Origin: Rhodospirillaceae bacterium MC!
GTDB lineage: Bacteria; Pseudomonadota; Alphaproteobacteria; MC1
Assembly: GCA_002632265.1 (NCBI GenBank)
Contig: NQOV01000001.1
Coordinates: 1,579-65,578, forward strand
Length of the DNA: 64,000 nucleotides
Direction of reading: 5' to 3'
Shown: one piece after another, positions 39,525 through 49,825 of the stretch
Layout: the number at the start of each line of letters is the position of its first letter
How positions within the stretch are numbered: position 1 is the stretch's first letter
Position numbers and translations under genes: made by a program
The notes under the pieces: generated by a model
The model's input: the letters and a program-made list of their open reading frames with translations, nothing else
What the model was told of the DNA's origin: nothing
The model's database searches: none

Positions 39525-40943
39525 ATGACACTTCCTACAGATATTGGAGCGTTTCACTTCGTTGGGATAGGTGGAATTGGCATGAGCGGAATAGCCGAGT
39601 TACTTGTGAATTTAGGCTATAAGGTTCAAGGTAGTGATATTGCAGAAAATGCTAATGTTATACGTATGCGTGAAAAGGGGATCAAGGTTTTCATAGGACA
39701 CGCAGAAGAAAACGTAGATCAAGCTCGAGTTGTTGTTGTATCTACAGCAGTTAAAAAAAATAATCCTGAAGTTTTATCGGCACGAAGTTCTCGTATTCCA
39801 GTGATTCATAGATCTGAAATGCTTGCGGAACTTATGCGACTGAAATCATCAATTGCGGTTGGTGGTACTCATGGGAAAACTACTACCACATCTTTAGTCT
39901 CGGCGGTTTTAGACGCTGGTGGGCAAGATCCTACGGTAATTAATGGCGGAATCATTAATACATATGGCTCGAATGCTCGTATGGGTAGTGGTGAGTGGTT
40001 AGTCGCCGAGGCCGATGAATCTGACGGATCATTTTTAAGATTACCGGCAGAAGTTGCTATCGTAACAAATATTGATCCTGAACATCTAGATCATTACGGT
40101 AGTTTCGATGCCTTACGAAAAGCTTTTGATAACTTCATCCAATCAATTCCCTTTTATGGCTTTGCCGCCGTGTGTTTCGATAATCAAGAAGGGCAAGCCT
40201 TAGTTGGGCGTATTAATGATAGAGAAGTAATTACTTATGGTTTCAATCGTCAATCTATGGTACGAGTGGAAAATGTTAAGGCTATAGATGACGGTGTAAC
40301 CTATGATGTGGTTCTTGATTTATCTAAAGAAAAAAGAATGCTAAAAAATGTATTCTTACCGATGTTTGGCGAACATAATATCTTAAATTCACTAGCGGCG
40401 ATTACCGTTGGCGTGCGTTTGGGATTATCTGATCAATCAATTAAAGACGGTTTAAAGAATTTTAAAGGGGTAAAACGCAGATTTACCCTTACTGGAGAAG
40501 TGGATGGTATCCGTATTATAGATGATTATGGTCATCATCCTACAGAAATATCAGCAGTATTAAAGGCCGCTAGATCGGCAGTGCGTGATAAAAAACTAAT
40601 CGCAATTGTTCAACCGCACAGATACTCAAGATTACGAGATTTATTTGTGGAATTTAGTACATGCTTTGATGAAGCGGATACGGTTCTTGTTACTGATGTT
40701 TATCCCGCAGGAGAACAGCCTATTAAGGATATAAATAAGTTATCATTGGCTACAAGTATCGCCAAATACGGTCATAAAAGCGTACAAGCTTTGGAAAGCC
40801 ATGATGACATTCCTAAATGGGTCAATGAGAATTGTAATAAAGGCGATATGGTTGTGTTCTTAGGTGCAGGATCAATCTCACTATGGGCAAATGAATTACC
40901 AGATCAATTAAGCAATCTCAAAAATATGGGAAAAGCTGGCTAA
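39525..40943 (+). CDS. murC: UDP-N-acetylmuramate--L-alanine ligase
   Basis: HFVGIGGIGMSGIAELL and GTHGKTTTTS motifs. RBS aaggagat. Confidence 0.92.
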   Translation: MTLPTDIGAFHFVGIGGIGMSGIAELLVNLGYKVQGSDIAENANVIRMREKGIKVFIGHAEENVDQARVVVVSTAVKKNNPEVLSARSSRIPVIHRSEMLAELMRLKSSIAVGGTHGKTTTTSLVSAVLDAGGQDPTVINGGIINTYGSNARMGSGEWLVAEADESDGSFLRLPAEVAIVTNIDPEHLDHYGSFDALRKAFDNFIQSIPFYGFAAVCFDNQEGQALVGRINDREVITYGFNRQSMVRVENVKAIDDGVTYDVVLDLSKEKRMLKNVFLPMFGEHNILNSLAAITVGVRLGLSDQSIKDGLKNFKGVKRRFTLTGEVDGIRIIDDYGHHPTEISAVLKAARSAVRDKKLIAIVQPHRYSRLRDLFVEFSTCFDEADTVLVTDVYPAGEQPIKDINKLSLATSIAKYGHKSVQALESHDDIPKWVNENCNKGDMVVFLGAGSISLWANELPDQLSNLKNMGKAG

Positions 40944-40976
40944 TAATATAGATGAAAATATAGATAATTATCAAGA

Positions 40977-41900
40977 ATGACAAAGAGTAATTTAATATCA
41001 ATTCCTGAATTTACAGATATCGCAGGCATAAGAGAAAATATCAAGATAGCCCCATTTACTTGGTTTAGAGTAGGTGGGAGTGTTCGTATATTGTTCCGTC
41101 CTAAATCTGAAGAAGATCTTAAGAAGTTTTTACAAATCAACGCTAAAAGCAAGAATAAAATGGATATTCTACCCTTAGGTGTTGGCTCGAATGTTCTCAT
41201 ACGTGATAAGGGAATTAATGGAATTGTCATTAAGCTTTCAAGTAAGTTTTCTGAAATTAAGATCTTGGATGACGGTAAAATATATGCTGGGGCCAGTGCG
41301 TTAATGCCTACAGTAGCTTTATTTGCGAGAGATCATTCTCAAGCAGGTCTTGAATTCTTAAGTGGGATTCCAGGCACGGTCGGCGGTGGTCTGCGTATGA
41401 ATGCAGGATCTTATGGGAGTGATCATAATAGCGTTATTGAGAGCGTGATCGCCTATACCCCACAGGGAGAACGCAAAGAATTATCCCTAGCACAGATGGG
41501 ATACTCTTACAGACATACGGATATAGCTAAGGATTGGATTTTCATTGGTTGTATCTATAAAACTACAAAAGGCGATAAGGATGTCATAAGTAAACGCATA
41601 GAGGAAATTAAACAAGCAAGAGAAAATTCGCAACCCATACGAGCAAAAACAGGCGGATCAACCTTTGCTAATCCCACTGGTATGAGTGCTTGGAAGTTAA
41701 TAGATGATGTTGGTATGCGTGGCTTTAAGATCAATGACGCCCAAATCAGTGAAAAGCATTGTAATTTCCTAGTTAATAACGGCAATGCTACGGCAAAAGA
41801 TCTTGAAGATCTCGGCAATCAAGCTAAAGAGCGTATAAAAGAAAAGTTTGATATCGATCTTAAATGGGAAATCCAAATTTTAGGGATAAAAGGGGGATAA
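40977..41900 (+). CDS. murB: UDP-N-acetylenolpyruvoylglucosamine reductase
   Basis: FAD-binding domain (LGVGSNVLI) and C-terminal (GSTFANP) MurB motifs. Confidence 0.9.
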   Translation: MTKSNLISIPEFTDIAGIRENIKIAPFTWFRVGGSVRILFRPKSEEDLKKFLQINAKSKNKMDILPLGVGSNVLIRDKGINGIVIKLSSKFSEIKILDDGKIYAGASALMPTVALFARDHSQAGLEFLSGIPGTVGGGLRMNAGSYGSDHNSVIESVIAYTPQGERKELSLAQMGYSYRHTDIAKDWIFIGCIYKTTKGDKDVISKRIEEIKQARENSQPIRAKTGGSTFANPTGMSAWKLIDDVGMRGFKINDAQISEKHCNFLVNNGNATAKDLEDLGNQAKERIKEKFDIDLKWEIQILGIKGG

Positions 41901-41983
41901 AAAAGCATTTTGTATCTCTTATTAAACTTAAAATTTTAAATGTGCGAGCTAAATATAACAACATAACATAAGGAAGAGACCAT

Positions 41984-42892
41984 ATGAAAGTATTATTATT
42001 AAAAGGTGGGTTTTCATCGGAAAGAGAGATCTCTTTAATTACTGCCGATTCCTGTTTGCTTGCTTTAAAAGAATTGGGGCATGATGTTGTAGAATATGAT
42101 CTTACACGAGATATTAAAGATTTTATCATCTGTATCGAGCGTGAAAAACCCCATGTTGTCTTTAATGCTTTGCACGGTAAATGGGGGGAAGATGGTTGCA
42201 TTCAAGGAGTCTTAAATATTATGGGTGTGCCTTATACTCATTCTAATGTTTGTGCGTCGTCCGTAGCTATGGATAAGGATATGACTAAGAAAATAGCACG
42301 TTCTATCTCTATGGATCTTGCTAAAAGTATCACCATAAAAGCTAAAGAGATTACAAAAGAGCATATGTTGCCAATTCCATATGTGATCAAGCCTGCTTGT
42401 GATGGCTCTTCTTGTGGTATTTATATTGTTACCGAGCAAAGCCAAAATCCTAAGACAATAGCTCAAGATTATGATCCTGAAGAGATCATAATGCTTGAAG
42501 AGTACATCCAAGGTAGAGAATTAACTGTAGGAGTTCTGAATGGTCAAGCCTTAGCCGTAACCGAGATCAAAAGCGATACACATGAGTTCTTCGATTTTAA
42601 AGCAAAATATACAAAAGGAGAGGCGGAATATATCTTGCCTGCTCAATTGGATCAAGATATCTATGAACAGGCTTTACATATGGCACAGCGTTTACATAAT
42701 GAACTCAATTGTACAGGAGTAACCAGAACTGATTTCCGCTATGACGAAGAAAATAAACGCCTTGTAATGTTAGAGCTAAATAATCAACCAGGTATGACAA
42801 GTTTATCTTTAGTACCTAAGCAAGCCGAGTATGTAAATATCCCATTTAGCGAGCTAATAAAAATTATTATCGATACAGCATTAATTAAATAA
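41984..42892 (+). CDS. ddl: D-alanine--D-alanine ligase
   Basis: The HG..GEDG motif (ALHGKWGEDGCIQGVL), an ATP-grasp core and the C-terminal ELNNQPGMT are present. Confidence 0.9.
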   Translation: MKVLLLKGGFSSEREISLITADSCLLALKELGHDVVEYDLTRDIKDFIICIEREKPHVVFNALHGKWGEDGCIQGVLNIMGVPYTHSNVCASSVAMDKDMTKKIARSISMDLAKSITIKAKEITKEHMLPIPYVIKPACDGSSCGIYIVTEQSQNPKTIAQDYDPEEIIMLEEYIQGRELTVGVLNGQALAVTEIKSDTHEFFDFKAKYTKGEAEYILPAQLDQDIYEQALHMAQRLHNELNCTGVTRTDFRYDEENKRLVMLELNNQPGMTSLSLVPKQAEYVNIPFSELIKIIIDTALIK

Positions 42893-43202
42893 TTTACTAG
42901 TGTATATTGCATATTAATAAAAGAATCACTATATATATTGTAATGACTTAATATAATATCTGCTCAAATAATCAATATTTACTTGTCTTTATATATATGA
43001 ATCCATATGATTTAGTGAGATTTTTTTATTTAAAAATCTTTGATCATTAAAAAGATCTTGAAAATATATATAAATGTGTTATAGTATATTACGATTGTGA
43101 ATTTTTACATGATGATAGGAATTTTTTACCGTTGCAGAACTGTAAAATAAGATTTGGGTATTGTATTAAATTTTATTAACGAATAAGATAAGGTTAAAAA
43201 AT

Positions 43203-44525
43203 ATGTTTAAACGTATTATGTTGTGTGGTGTTTCTTTGGCTATTATGGGGGTTTCATTACCTTCAATTTCAAACGCTTTGACGGTCAAAGAAGCAATTGT
43301 CGCAGCACAAACATACAATGCTAAATTGAAAGCTGCAGATTCTGAATTAAGTAAAAATAAAACAATGGCTTTTCAATCTGTAACGCCATGGTTACCTATG
43401 GTAACTTACATCCGTAGTAAAACCATGAACGCAAAACTGGGAGATTATACTTACGCAAGTAATCAACGCCCGAGTGATCAAACCGTATCCATATCAGAGA
43501 ATCTGTTTAATGGTGGGCAAGATCTAAGTAGCTTATTGGCGGCAAAATCCACTTATGACGCAAGCGTAATGCAATATAATTCAAAAAGAGAGCAAGTGTT
43601 TTTTAATACAATTCAAGCTTATATGGATCTTAAAAGAGATATTGATAGCTTAAATGTGGCAAAATCAACAGAGAATACTCTTTCACAACATTATAAAGTT
43701 ACTAAAGTGCGTTATACTGCAGGGGCTGCCACTAAAACCGATCTCGCACAAGCTCATGCTCGTTGGGCCTCGGCTCAAGCGGCGTCTTTTGCGAGCCAAG
43801 GGAATGTAGAAAAATCTCGTGCTGTACTCTATAAGATTACAGGTATTAAGGAAGTGGGGACTTTAGAATATCCGCCATTGCCTGATATTCCTGCAACTTT
43901 TTCGGTAGTTGTTAACACGGCTTTTCAATATAACCGTGGATTAAAAATCCAAGAGGCTACTAAAAAATCTACAGAGTATCAAATACTAAAAGCAGGAGGA
44001 TCTTTTCTTCCTACTGTGAGTTTGGAATATATGTGGCATAAGGGTACGGCTGATGAACATTTTCAAGGTCCTCAAGAGTGTTACGAGAATGGTATGTGTG
44101 TAAATTCTTTGCATGAAGCTACCGCACAAAGCTTGAAATTAAATTTCACTTGGGCGTTATTTGCTCAAGGAAATCGTTTCTTTGGTTTGAAAATGGCGAT
44201 TAATGGGGCGAGTGAAATGGAAAGCAATTTGCTTGACGCTCATCGTTCGGTTGCCGAGGCTATTTCGGAAGCTTGGACCAATTATAAATCGGCACAAGTG
44301 CAAATTACAGCCTATGAAGAGGCAGTTAAGGCTCAAAGTGAAAGTTTAAAAGGTGTGAGACAACAATCTAGATCAGGTACTAGAACATTAACCGATGTCC
44401 TAGATAGCGAAAGAGACCTAGATAGTGCACAACAAAACTTAGTAGTGGCAAAGCATAATGAGATCGTTGCAGCCTATTTATTATTATTACAAATGGGCAT
44501 GTTGAATGAAAATTCCGTAAAATAA
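43203..44525 (+). CDS. TolC-family outer-membrane efflux channel
   Basis: A signal peptide, and two repeats of the alpha-helical/beta-barrel TolC architecture, with typical patterns (...LLAAKSTYDAS..., ...DVLDSERDLDSAQQNL...). Confidence 0.8.
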   Translation: MFKRIMLCGVSLAIMGVSLPSISNALTVKEAIVAAQTYNAKLKAADSELSKNKTMAFQSVTPWLPMVTYIRSKTMNAKLGDYTYASNQRPSDQTVSISENLFNGGQDLSSLLAAKSTYDASVMQYNSKREQVFFNTIQAYMDLKRDIDSLNVAKSTENTLSQHYKVTKVRYTAGAATKTDLAQAHARWASAQAASFASQGNVEKSRAVLYKITGIKEVGTLEYPPLPDIPATFSVVVNTAFQYNRGLKIQEATKKSTEYQILKAGGSFLPTVSLEYMWHKGTADEHFQGPQECYENGMCVNSLHEATAQSLKLNFTWALFAQGNRFFGLKMAINGASEMESNLLDAHRSVAEAISEAWTNYKSAQVQITAYEEAVKAQSESLKGVRQQSRSGTRTLTDVLDSERDLDSAQQNLVVAKHNEIVAAYLLLLQMGMLNENSVK

Positions 44526-44730
44526 CTAATTAGTTAATTAAATAATATATATTTAAGTTTTTGATTATATGTGAAAATTAGCTAATTAGTAAGTAGAAAA
44601 AAGATATTTTTTTTAATCTTAACTATTTATTAATCACTTGTGTAGTAGTCTTAGTACTATTAAGTGATCTAAAATAAGAGATTATTACTTGAGTTATAAA
44701 TGTTTTGAGTAAAAGTATAGGGAACATTAA

Positions 44731-45606
44731 ATGAGTGATTTAGAACAAGCTGATGACGAACCATCAATGGAAGATATTTTATCTTCCATACGTAAGATAC
44801 TATCTGATTCTGATGAAGAAGAAGAAGAAGTTGAAGTGCCATCATCAGATCCTGCACCTGCACCTGCTTCTGCTCCTCAAAGCGAGCCAGAGCCTGCACC
44901 TGCACCTGCTGAACCGATTAGAGTTCCTGAACCTGAACCAGAGCCTGAACCGATTCCAGAGCCTGAACCTGAACCGATTCCAGAGCCTGAACCCGAACCA
45001 ATTCCAGAGCCTGAACCTGAACCGATTCCAGAGCCTGAACCCGAGCCAGAACCTGAACCTGAACCCGAGCCAGAGCCTGAACCAATTCCAGAACCGCCAA
45101 AGCCTAAACCTAAGCCTAAGCCAATTCCTGAATCGGTTGCAGCAGAACCTGAACCAGAACCGATTCCAGAGCCAGAACCTGAACCCGAGCCAATCCCTGA
45201 GCCTGAACCTGAACCTGAACCAATTCCGGAGCCTGAACCTGTGTTTGAACCTGAACCCGAGCCTGAATCTATCTTTGAAGAACCGACAGGCGTTGTAAAT
45301 TTAAGTGAAGAAATGGCCGTAAGAGCTGCCCCTTCTAGTAAGTTAATAACCAACAATACATCTGATGTAAGTTCGGATATACTAGCTAATCTAGCAAAAG
45401 CTATTTTAGATCATAAGGATATGGGTCTTGGTCGTTCGCAAATCACTATTGAAGGTATGGTACGTGAGATGTTGAATCCGCTATTAGAAGAGTGGCTAAA
45501 CAGAAACTTACCGTATATCATTGAACGTCTAGTTAAGAAAGAAATCACAGACATGATCGCACGTGCTGAACGTATTGATTATGACCGTTATAATGGTGAT
45601 ATCTAA
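44731..45606 (+). CDS. popZ: Pole-organising protein PopZ homolog with a massively expanded [10 protein letters not shown] linker
   Basis: N-terminal [24 protein letters not shown] and C-terminal [26 protein letters not shown] match the Caulobacter PopZ N- and C-terminal conserved regions. The middle 130 aa are (PEPEPI)n. Confidence 0.8.
   Translation: MSDLEQADDEPSMEDILSSIRKILSDSDEEEEEVEVPSSDPAPAPASAPQSEPEPAPAPAEPIRVPEPEPEPEPIPEPEPEPIPEPEPEPIPEPEPEPIPEPEPEPEPEPEPEPEPEPIPEPPKPKPKPKPIPESVAAEPEPEPIPEPEPEPEPIPEPEPEPEPIPEPEPVFEPEPEPESIFEEPTGVVNLSEEMAVRAAPSSKLITNNTSDVSSDILANLAKAILDHKDMGLGRSQITIEGMVREMLNPLLEEWLNRNLPYIIERLVKKEITDMIARAERIDYDRYNGDI
44880..45290. repeat. Coding tandem repeat (gagcctgaacctgaaccgattcca)n inside popZ
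   Basis: The tandem repeat is about 24 nt per unit and the first clean 12 bp-periodic run (44923-45100) has a GAGCCTGAACCK 12-mer core, encoding PEPEPIPE units. The two overlapping ORFs on the track (44753-45298 +, 44877-45356 -) are artefacts of this periodicity. Confidence 0.85.
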
Positions 45607-45717
45607 CAGACTAGATCACAACTTAAATACAACCTTACATTATTAAGTAAATAATTAAGGTTGTATTTTTATTTTAAAGTAATGATTTAATCAAATAAAA
45701 GGAAGAGTTATATTAGA

Positions 45718-46521
45718 ATGGAAGCTTATCTTGCATTATTGGAGTGGCTACAAACTATGGGAGTACGTGATATCATAGCAAATGATATTGCGAGTATTTT
45801 CGAGCGTAGCACACCGAAAGAGCAAGAAAAGATCCAGCAAAATCAAACTCGAACCATTACTCCCAAGCCTAAGCCTGCAAGTTTGGAAGAAAGCACAAGT
45901 ATAAATACGCAAAAGCTTATGGAAGAAGTAAAAATTAAAGTATCTGAATGTAAAACCTTAGAAGAGCTGGAAAACTATGTTCATACCTTTAAATCTCTTG
46001 ATATTTGCCACTCTGCCAAATCTCCTGTATTTTATGCTGGTATCAATGATTTAAATCCTGATATTTTAGTTATTGGCGACATCCCTGAAGATGAAGACGA
46101 CAAAACAGGCAAAACCTTTATGGGGAGATCAGGCAAGTTAATGGATAAAATCCTTTATTCTATCGCTTGTGATCGTGATAGTAATGTGCGATTAACTACC
46201 GCCGTTAATTGGCGTCCTGCTGGTGGTTTAGATGTTACTGATCAAGTGTTATTAGTCTGTAAGCCGATCTTAGAGCGTCATATTGAATTGTTAAAGCCTA
46301 AATTCATTTTAGCCACTGGTAAAACTGTCTATAATTTACTCTTTGATGAAAAGAAAACCTTAAGCCAAGCCCTAAGAAAGAAACATACTTACATAACCGC
46401 CGATAACGATGAAATTCCAACTTTTATCATCTATCATCCAACACATATGATAAACACGCCACAATCGAAAGCTTTGGCATGGAATACCATGTTAAAGCTC
46501 AAAAAAGAGCTAGAAAAATAA
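45718..46521 (+). CDS. Uracil-DNA glycosylase superfamily protein (family-4-like core) with an N-terminal extension of about 90 aa
   Basis: LVIGDIPEDEDDKTGKTFMGRSGKLM and IYHPTHM correspond to motifs A and B of family 4 UDGs. Motif A reads GD where the canonical motif has GE. Confidence 0.6.
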   Translation: MEAYLALLEWLQTMGVRDIIANDIASIFERSTPKEQEKIQQNQTRTITPKPKPASLEESTSINTQKLMEEVKIKVSECKTLEELENYVHTFKSLDICHSAKSPVFYAGINDLNPDILVIGDIPEDEDDKTGKTFMGRSGKLMDKILYSIACDRDSNVRLTTAVNWRPAGGLDVTDQVLLVCKPILERHIELLKPKFILATGKTVYNLLFDEKKTLSQALRKKHTYITADNDEIPTFIIYHPTHMINTPQSKALAWNTMLKLKKELEK

Positions 46522-46555
46522 TAGTTATATAACAGCCATATATAAGGGATCTCAT

Positions 46556-47416
46556 ATGTTTGAAAATCACAACAAGAAATTGCCGAGTTTAACTCAAGTA
46601 GTAAAGAATCATGATCTATTCGCTAAAAAAAGTTTAGGGCAAAATTTCTTATTGGATTATAACATATGTTACAAGATCGGCGGATTAACTGGAGATCTTA
46701 CAGGTAAAACTGTCATAGAAATCGGTTGCGGACCTGGTGGCTTAACTCGTGCCATTTTAGAACACGGAGCTAAAAAACTCTACGCCATTGAATATGACCC
46801 CAGAGCAGTTAAAATCGCCGAAGAGATCCAATCTGCATGGGGAGTGAAAGAAAGCGGAATGGAAGAAAGTGAGCATAAGCTTTCTATAATCCAAGAGGAC
46901 GCTTTAAAAGTAAAAGTTCACGAATTAGGCACAGCCCCAAGGAAGATCATTGCCAACTTGCCCTATAATATATCTGTGGTATTGTTGGCAGAGTGGCTAA
47001 AGAATATCTCTAGCTTTGAATCCTTAACTTTAATGTTTCAAAAGGAAGTTGCCAAGCGAATAGTAGCACAGCCGAAATCAAAAGCTTATGGGCGTGTGTC
47101 CATACTTTGTCAATGGTTATGCGATGTTCATATCCCCATGGAGCTAAAACCTGAAGTATTTACCCCACCACCCAAGGTCGATAGTGCTATCGTCCATTTT
47201 ATCCCCCTTAGCGAGCCAAGATATAACGCCGATTTCCACAAACTCGACACAGTCCTACGCACCGCATTCGGACAGCGTAGAAAAATGTTAAGACAATCCC
47301 TAAAAAACCTAAATGAGAATATTTCCCACACTCTCGAATCCATAAACATCAAACCCACCGCCCGCCCTGAAGAGCTATCAATCGAAGAGTTTTGCAAAAT
47401 AGCAAATGTATTATAA
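46556..47416 (+). CDS. rsmA: 16S rRNA (adenine1518/1519-N6)-dimethyltransferase
   Basis: KSLGQNFL, the SAM-binding EIGCGPGGLT and NLPYNIS motifs. Confidence 0.92.
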   Translation: MFENHNKKLPSLTQVVKNHDLFAKKSLGQNFLLDYNICYKIGGLTGDLTGKTVIEIGCGPGGLTRAILEHGAKKLYAIEYDPRAVKIAEEIQSAWGVKESGMEESEHKLSIIQEDALKVKVHELGTAPRKIIANLPYNISVVLLAEWLKNISSFESLTLMFQKEVAKRIVAQPKSKAYGRVSILCQWLCDVHIPMELKPEVFTPPPKVDSAIVHFIPLSEPRYNADFHKLDTVLRTAFGQRRKMLRQSLKNLNENISHTLESINIKPTARPEELSIEEFCKIANVL

Positions 47417-47501
47417 TATCTTAAAAGTGTAGAATTATATTTAAATGTATGTTATAATGAATTTTTAAGATTTTATATACAGTAAAAGGAACATTAAACT
47501 T

Positions 47502-48428
47502 ATGCCATTATTTAGCGAAAAAAATGGGGTTTTACAAGTTGTAAAACCTACAGGATTTAAATTGGAAAAAGAATTACAAACCTTAGTTGAAAATAATTTG
47601 GAAGAAATATTTAGTTGTAAATTTGTAGCTAGCGAATTTAGCACAGGCGACATTCATTCTGGTAGAATCGACACCTTAGCCATTTCCGAAGAAGATAATC
47701 CAGTTATTATCGAATATAAGGCTAGGGAATCATCTAGCTTGCTTAATCAATCGCTTTTTTATCTTGCATGGTTACAAGATCATAAGGGCGATTTTGCTAT
47801 GGCTGTAAAGAAAAAATTTCCGTCCATGGAAGTTGATTGGAGTAACATACGAATTATTTGTATTGCTCCAGGTTATGCCAAATATGATTTGCATGCCGTA
47901 AAAACAATGACATCTGCCCCTATAGAACTGTGGAAGTATAAAGTTTATGAAAATAACATGCTTAATATGGAAAAAATATTTGGTAATGATAAAGCTAAAT
48001 CAGTTAAATCTAAAAATGTTCATACAAATGTAGTTGTAAATGAAACCAATGAAGATCACGAAGTTGTTAGTTATACGTATGAGCAACACTATAATAATTT
48101 AGGTAATAGCCAAATTAAAGAACTCATAGATGAAATTAGAGATTATATTATTAGTTTAAATGTTGATGTTGAAGAGTTACCACGAAAATTTTATATTGCT
48201 TATAAAACATCGAAGAATTTTTGTTGTATAGCACTTAATAAAGAGAAACCTCGTATGTGGTTAAAGTTTCTTGATAAAAATTTATCAAAATATCAAGAAC
48301 ATGGGAAAGATGTTACAGCAATAGGACATCATGGCACAGGTAATTTTGAAATTCGACTAAATGAAGATACAAACATGGAAACCCTAAAGGAAATGATCAA
48401 AGTATCATTTGAAAATATCGGCGGATAA
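47502..48428 (+). CDS. Hypothetical protein with an N-terminal PD-(D/E)xK (NucS/RecB-like) nuclease-fold domain and an uncharacterised C-terminal domain
   Basis: GRIDTLAISEEDNPVIIEYKA fits the D...E-x-K motif. The acidic helix ELQTLVENNLEEI precedes it, as in NucS/DUF91-type nucleases. RBS aaaaggaa. Confidence 0.5.
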   Translation: MPLFSEKNGVLQVVKPTGFKLEKELQTLVENNLEEIFSCKFVASEFSTGDIHSGRIDTLAISEEDNPVIIEYKARESSSLLNQSLFYLAWLQDHKGDFAMAVKKKFPSMEVDWSNIRIICIAPGYAKYDLHAVKTMTSAPIELWKYKVYENNMLNMEKIFGNDKAKSVKSKNVHTNVVVNETNEDHEVVSYTYEQHYNNLGNSQIKELIDEIRDYIISLNVDVEELPRKFYIAYKTSKNFCCIALNKEKPRMWLKFLDKNLSKYQEHGKDVTAIGHHGTGNFEIRLNEDTNMETLKEMIKVSFENIGG

Positions 48429-48491
48429 AATAAAAAAAAGCTCAATATCTTATTTTAAGATATTGAGCTTTTGAAGAATTATCCTGTGAGA

Positions 48492-49655
48492 TTATCCTTG
48501 TCTTTTTGCGAATCTTTCGATTTGTTGGGTTAGTGGAGCGATGTTCACATTTAATCTTTCTAGTGCGTCTTCTGTTTTTTTGTTGAATAGATACATATCA
48601 CTAGGATTAAATTCAATTTTAATTTTATCGCCATACTGGGTATCAATTGTTGATACTGTTTTGATGATAAAGCCTTCGCCTTTTGCTAAAGGTGTGTTAA
48701 AGTGAATGTATGATGTTTCACCTAAATGTTCCACAACCAAAGCACTACCAGCGATTTGCGGATTGCCAGAACCCTCAACGGCTAATCTTACATGTTCTGG
48801 ACGAATACCCACTACGATATCATCGCCAGCTTTTACGGTAGTTCCCACACATGGAACAATGGCGGTTTGATCATTTTTTAGTTTAACTTCAACTGTTTTA
48901 TCTGTAGAGTTTAATACTGTACCGTCTAAGAAGTTCATTTTAGGCGAACCAATGAAACTACCCACAAATAAGTTTTTAGGATGGTAGTAAAGTTCAAGCG
49001 GTGTACCGACTTGCATAACGTGTCCTAATTTTAGCACCACAATTTTATCGGCTAAAGTCATCGCTTCTACCTGATCGTGTGTTACGTATACGATAGTTGA
49101 TTCTAATTCCTTATGTAATTGAGCTAATTCTACACGCATATGCACACGTAAAGACGCATCTAAGTTAGATAATGGCTCATCGAATAAAAACACTTCTGGT
49201 CTACGAGTTAAAGAACGACCAATAGCCACACGTTGACGTTGACCACCTGAAAGTTCTTTTGGTTTTCTATCAAGTAGATCTTCCAATTGTAAAGATTTCG
49301 CAGTCTCTTCGATACGTTGTGCGATTTCTGTTTTAGATTTCTTAGCAAGTTTTAAGCCGAAAGCCATATTGTCCCTTACTGTCATATGTGGATAAAGTGC
49401 ATATGATTGGAAAACCATACCAATACCACGATCTGACGGCTGAACATCGTTCATTAATTTATCGCCAATGAAAAACTCACCGCTTGTAATATCTTCCAAA
49501 CCTGCGATTAAACGTAGTAATGTAGATTTACCACAACCTGAAGGCCCTACGAATACGCAGAATTCGCCATCTTGTACTTCTAAATCCACATCGTGAATAA
49601 CGTGTGTCTTTTTATCGAAAATTTTATTGATTTTTTCTAGTTTTAATGTTGCCAT
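48492..49655 (-). CDS. ABC transporter ATP-binding protein, MalK/UgpC-type with a C-terminal TOBE domain. Orphan, no adjacent permease
   Basis: Walker A GPSGCGKST, signature LSGGQRQRVA, Walker B FLFDEPLSNLD, and a C-terminal regulatory domain. Confidence 0.88.
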   Translation of the reverse strand: MATLKLEKINKIFDKKTHVIHDVDLEVQDGEFCVFVGPSGCGKSTLLRLIAGLEDITSGEFFIGDKLMNDVQPSDRGIGMVFQSYALYPHMTVRDNMAFGLKLAKKSKTEIAQRIEETAKSLQLEDLLDRKPKELSGGQRQRVAIGRSLTRRPEVFLFDEPLSNLDASLRVHMRVELAQLHKELESTIVYVTHDQVEAMTLADKIVVLKLGHVMQVGTPLELYYHPKNLFVGSFIGSPKMNFLDGTVLNSTDKTVEVKLKNDQTAIVPCVGTTVKAGDDIVVGIRPEHVRLAVEGSGNPQIAGSALVVEHLGETSYIHFNTPLAKGEGFIIKTVSTIDTQYGDKIKIEFNPSDMYLFNKKTEDALERLNVNIAPLTQQIERFAKRQG

Positions 49656-49825
49656 TTTGAAACATCCTTTATTTTGTTATTTTAATATTATTCGAAAAGA
49701 TTATAATTAATCTTACTCATTACTAACAATAACATATACTTTCATAAAAAGATAGTGTATAATATTCATTGTATGATGTATTTAATTCACATCTAAATTT
49801 ATATAATACCAATAAGGAAAATAAT

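Noticed and set aside
44753-45356. ORFs 44753-45298 (+), 44877-45356 (-) and 44918-45100 (-)
   Set aside because: These are artefacts of the 24-nt coding repeat inside popZ. The Gly/Ser- or Leu/Gln-rich translations are alternate-frame or antisense readings of (gagcctgaaccg)n.
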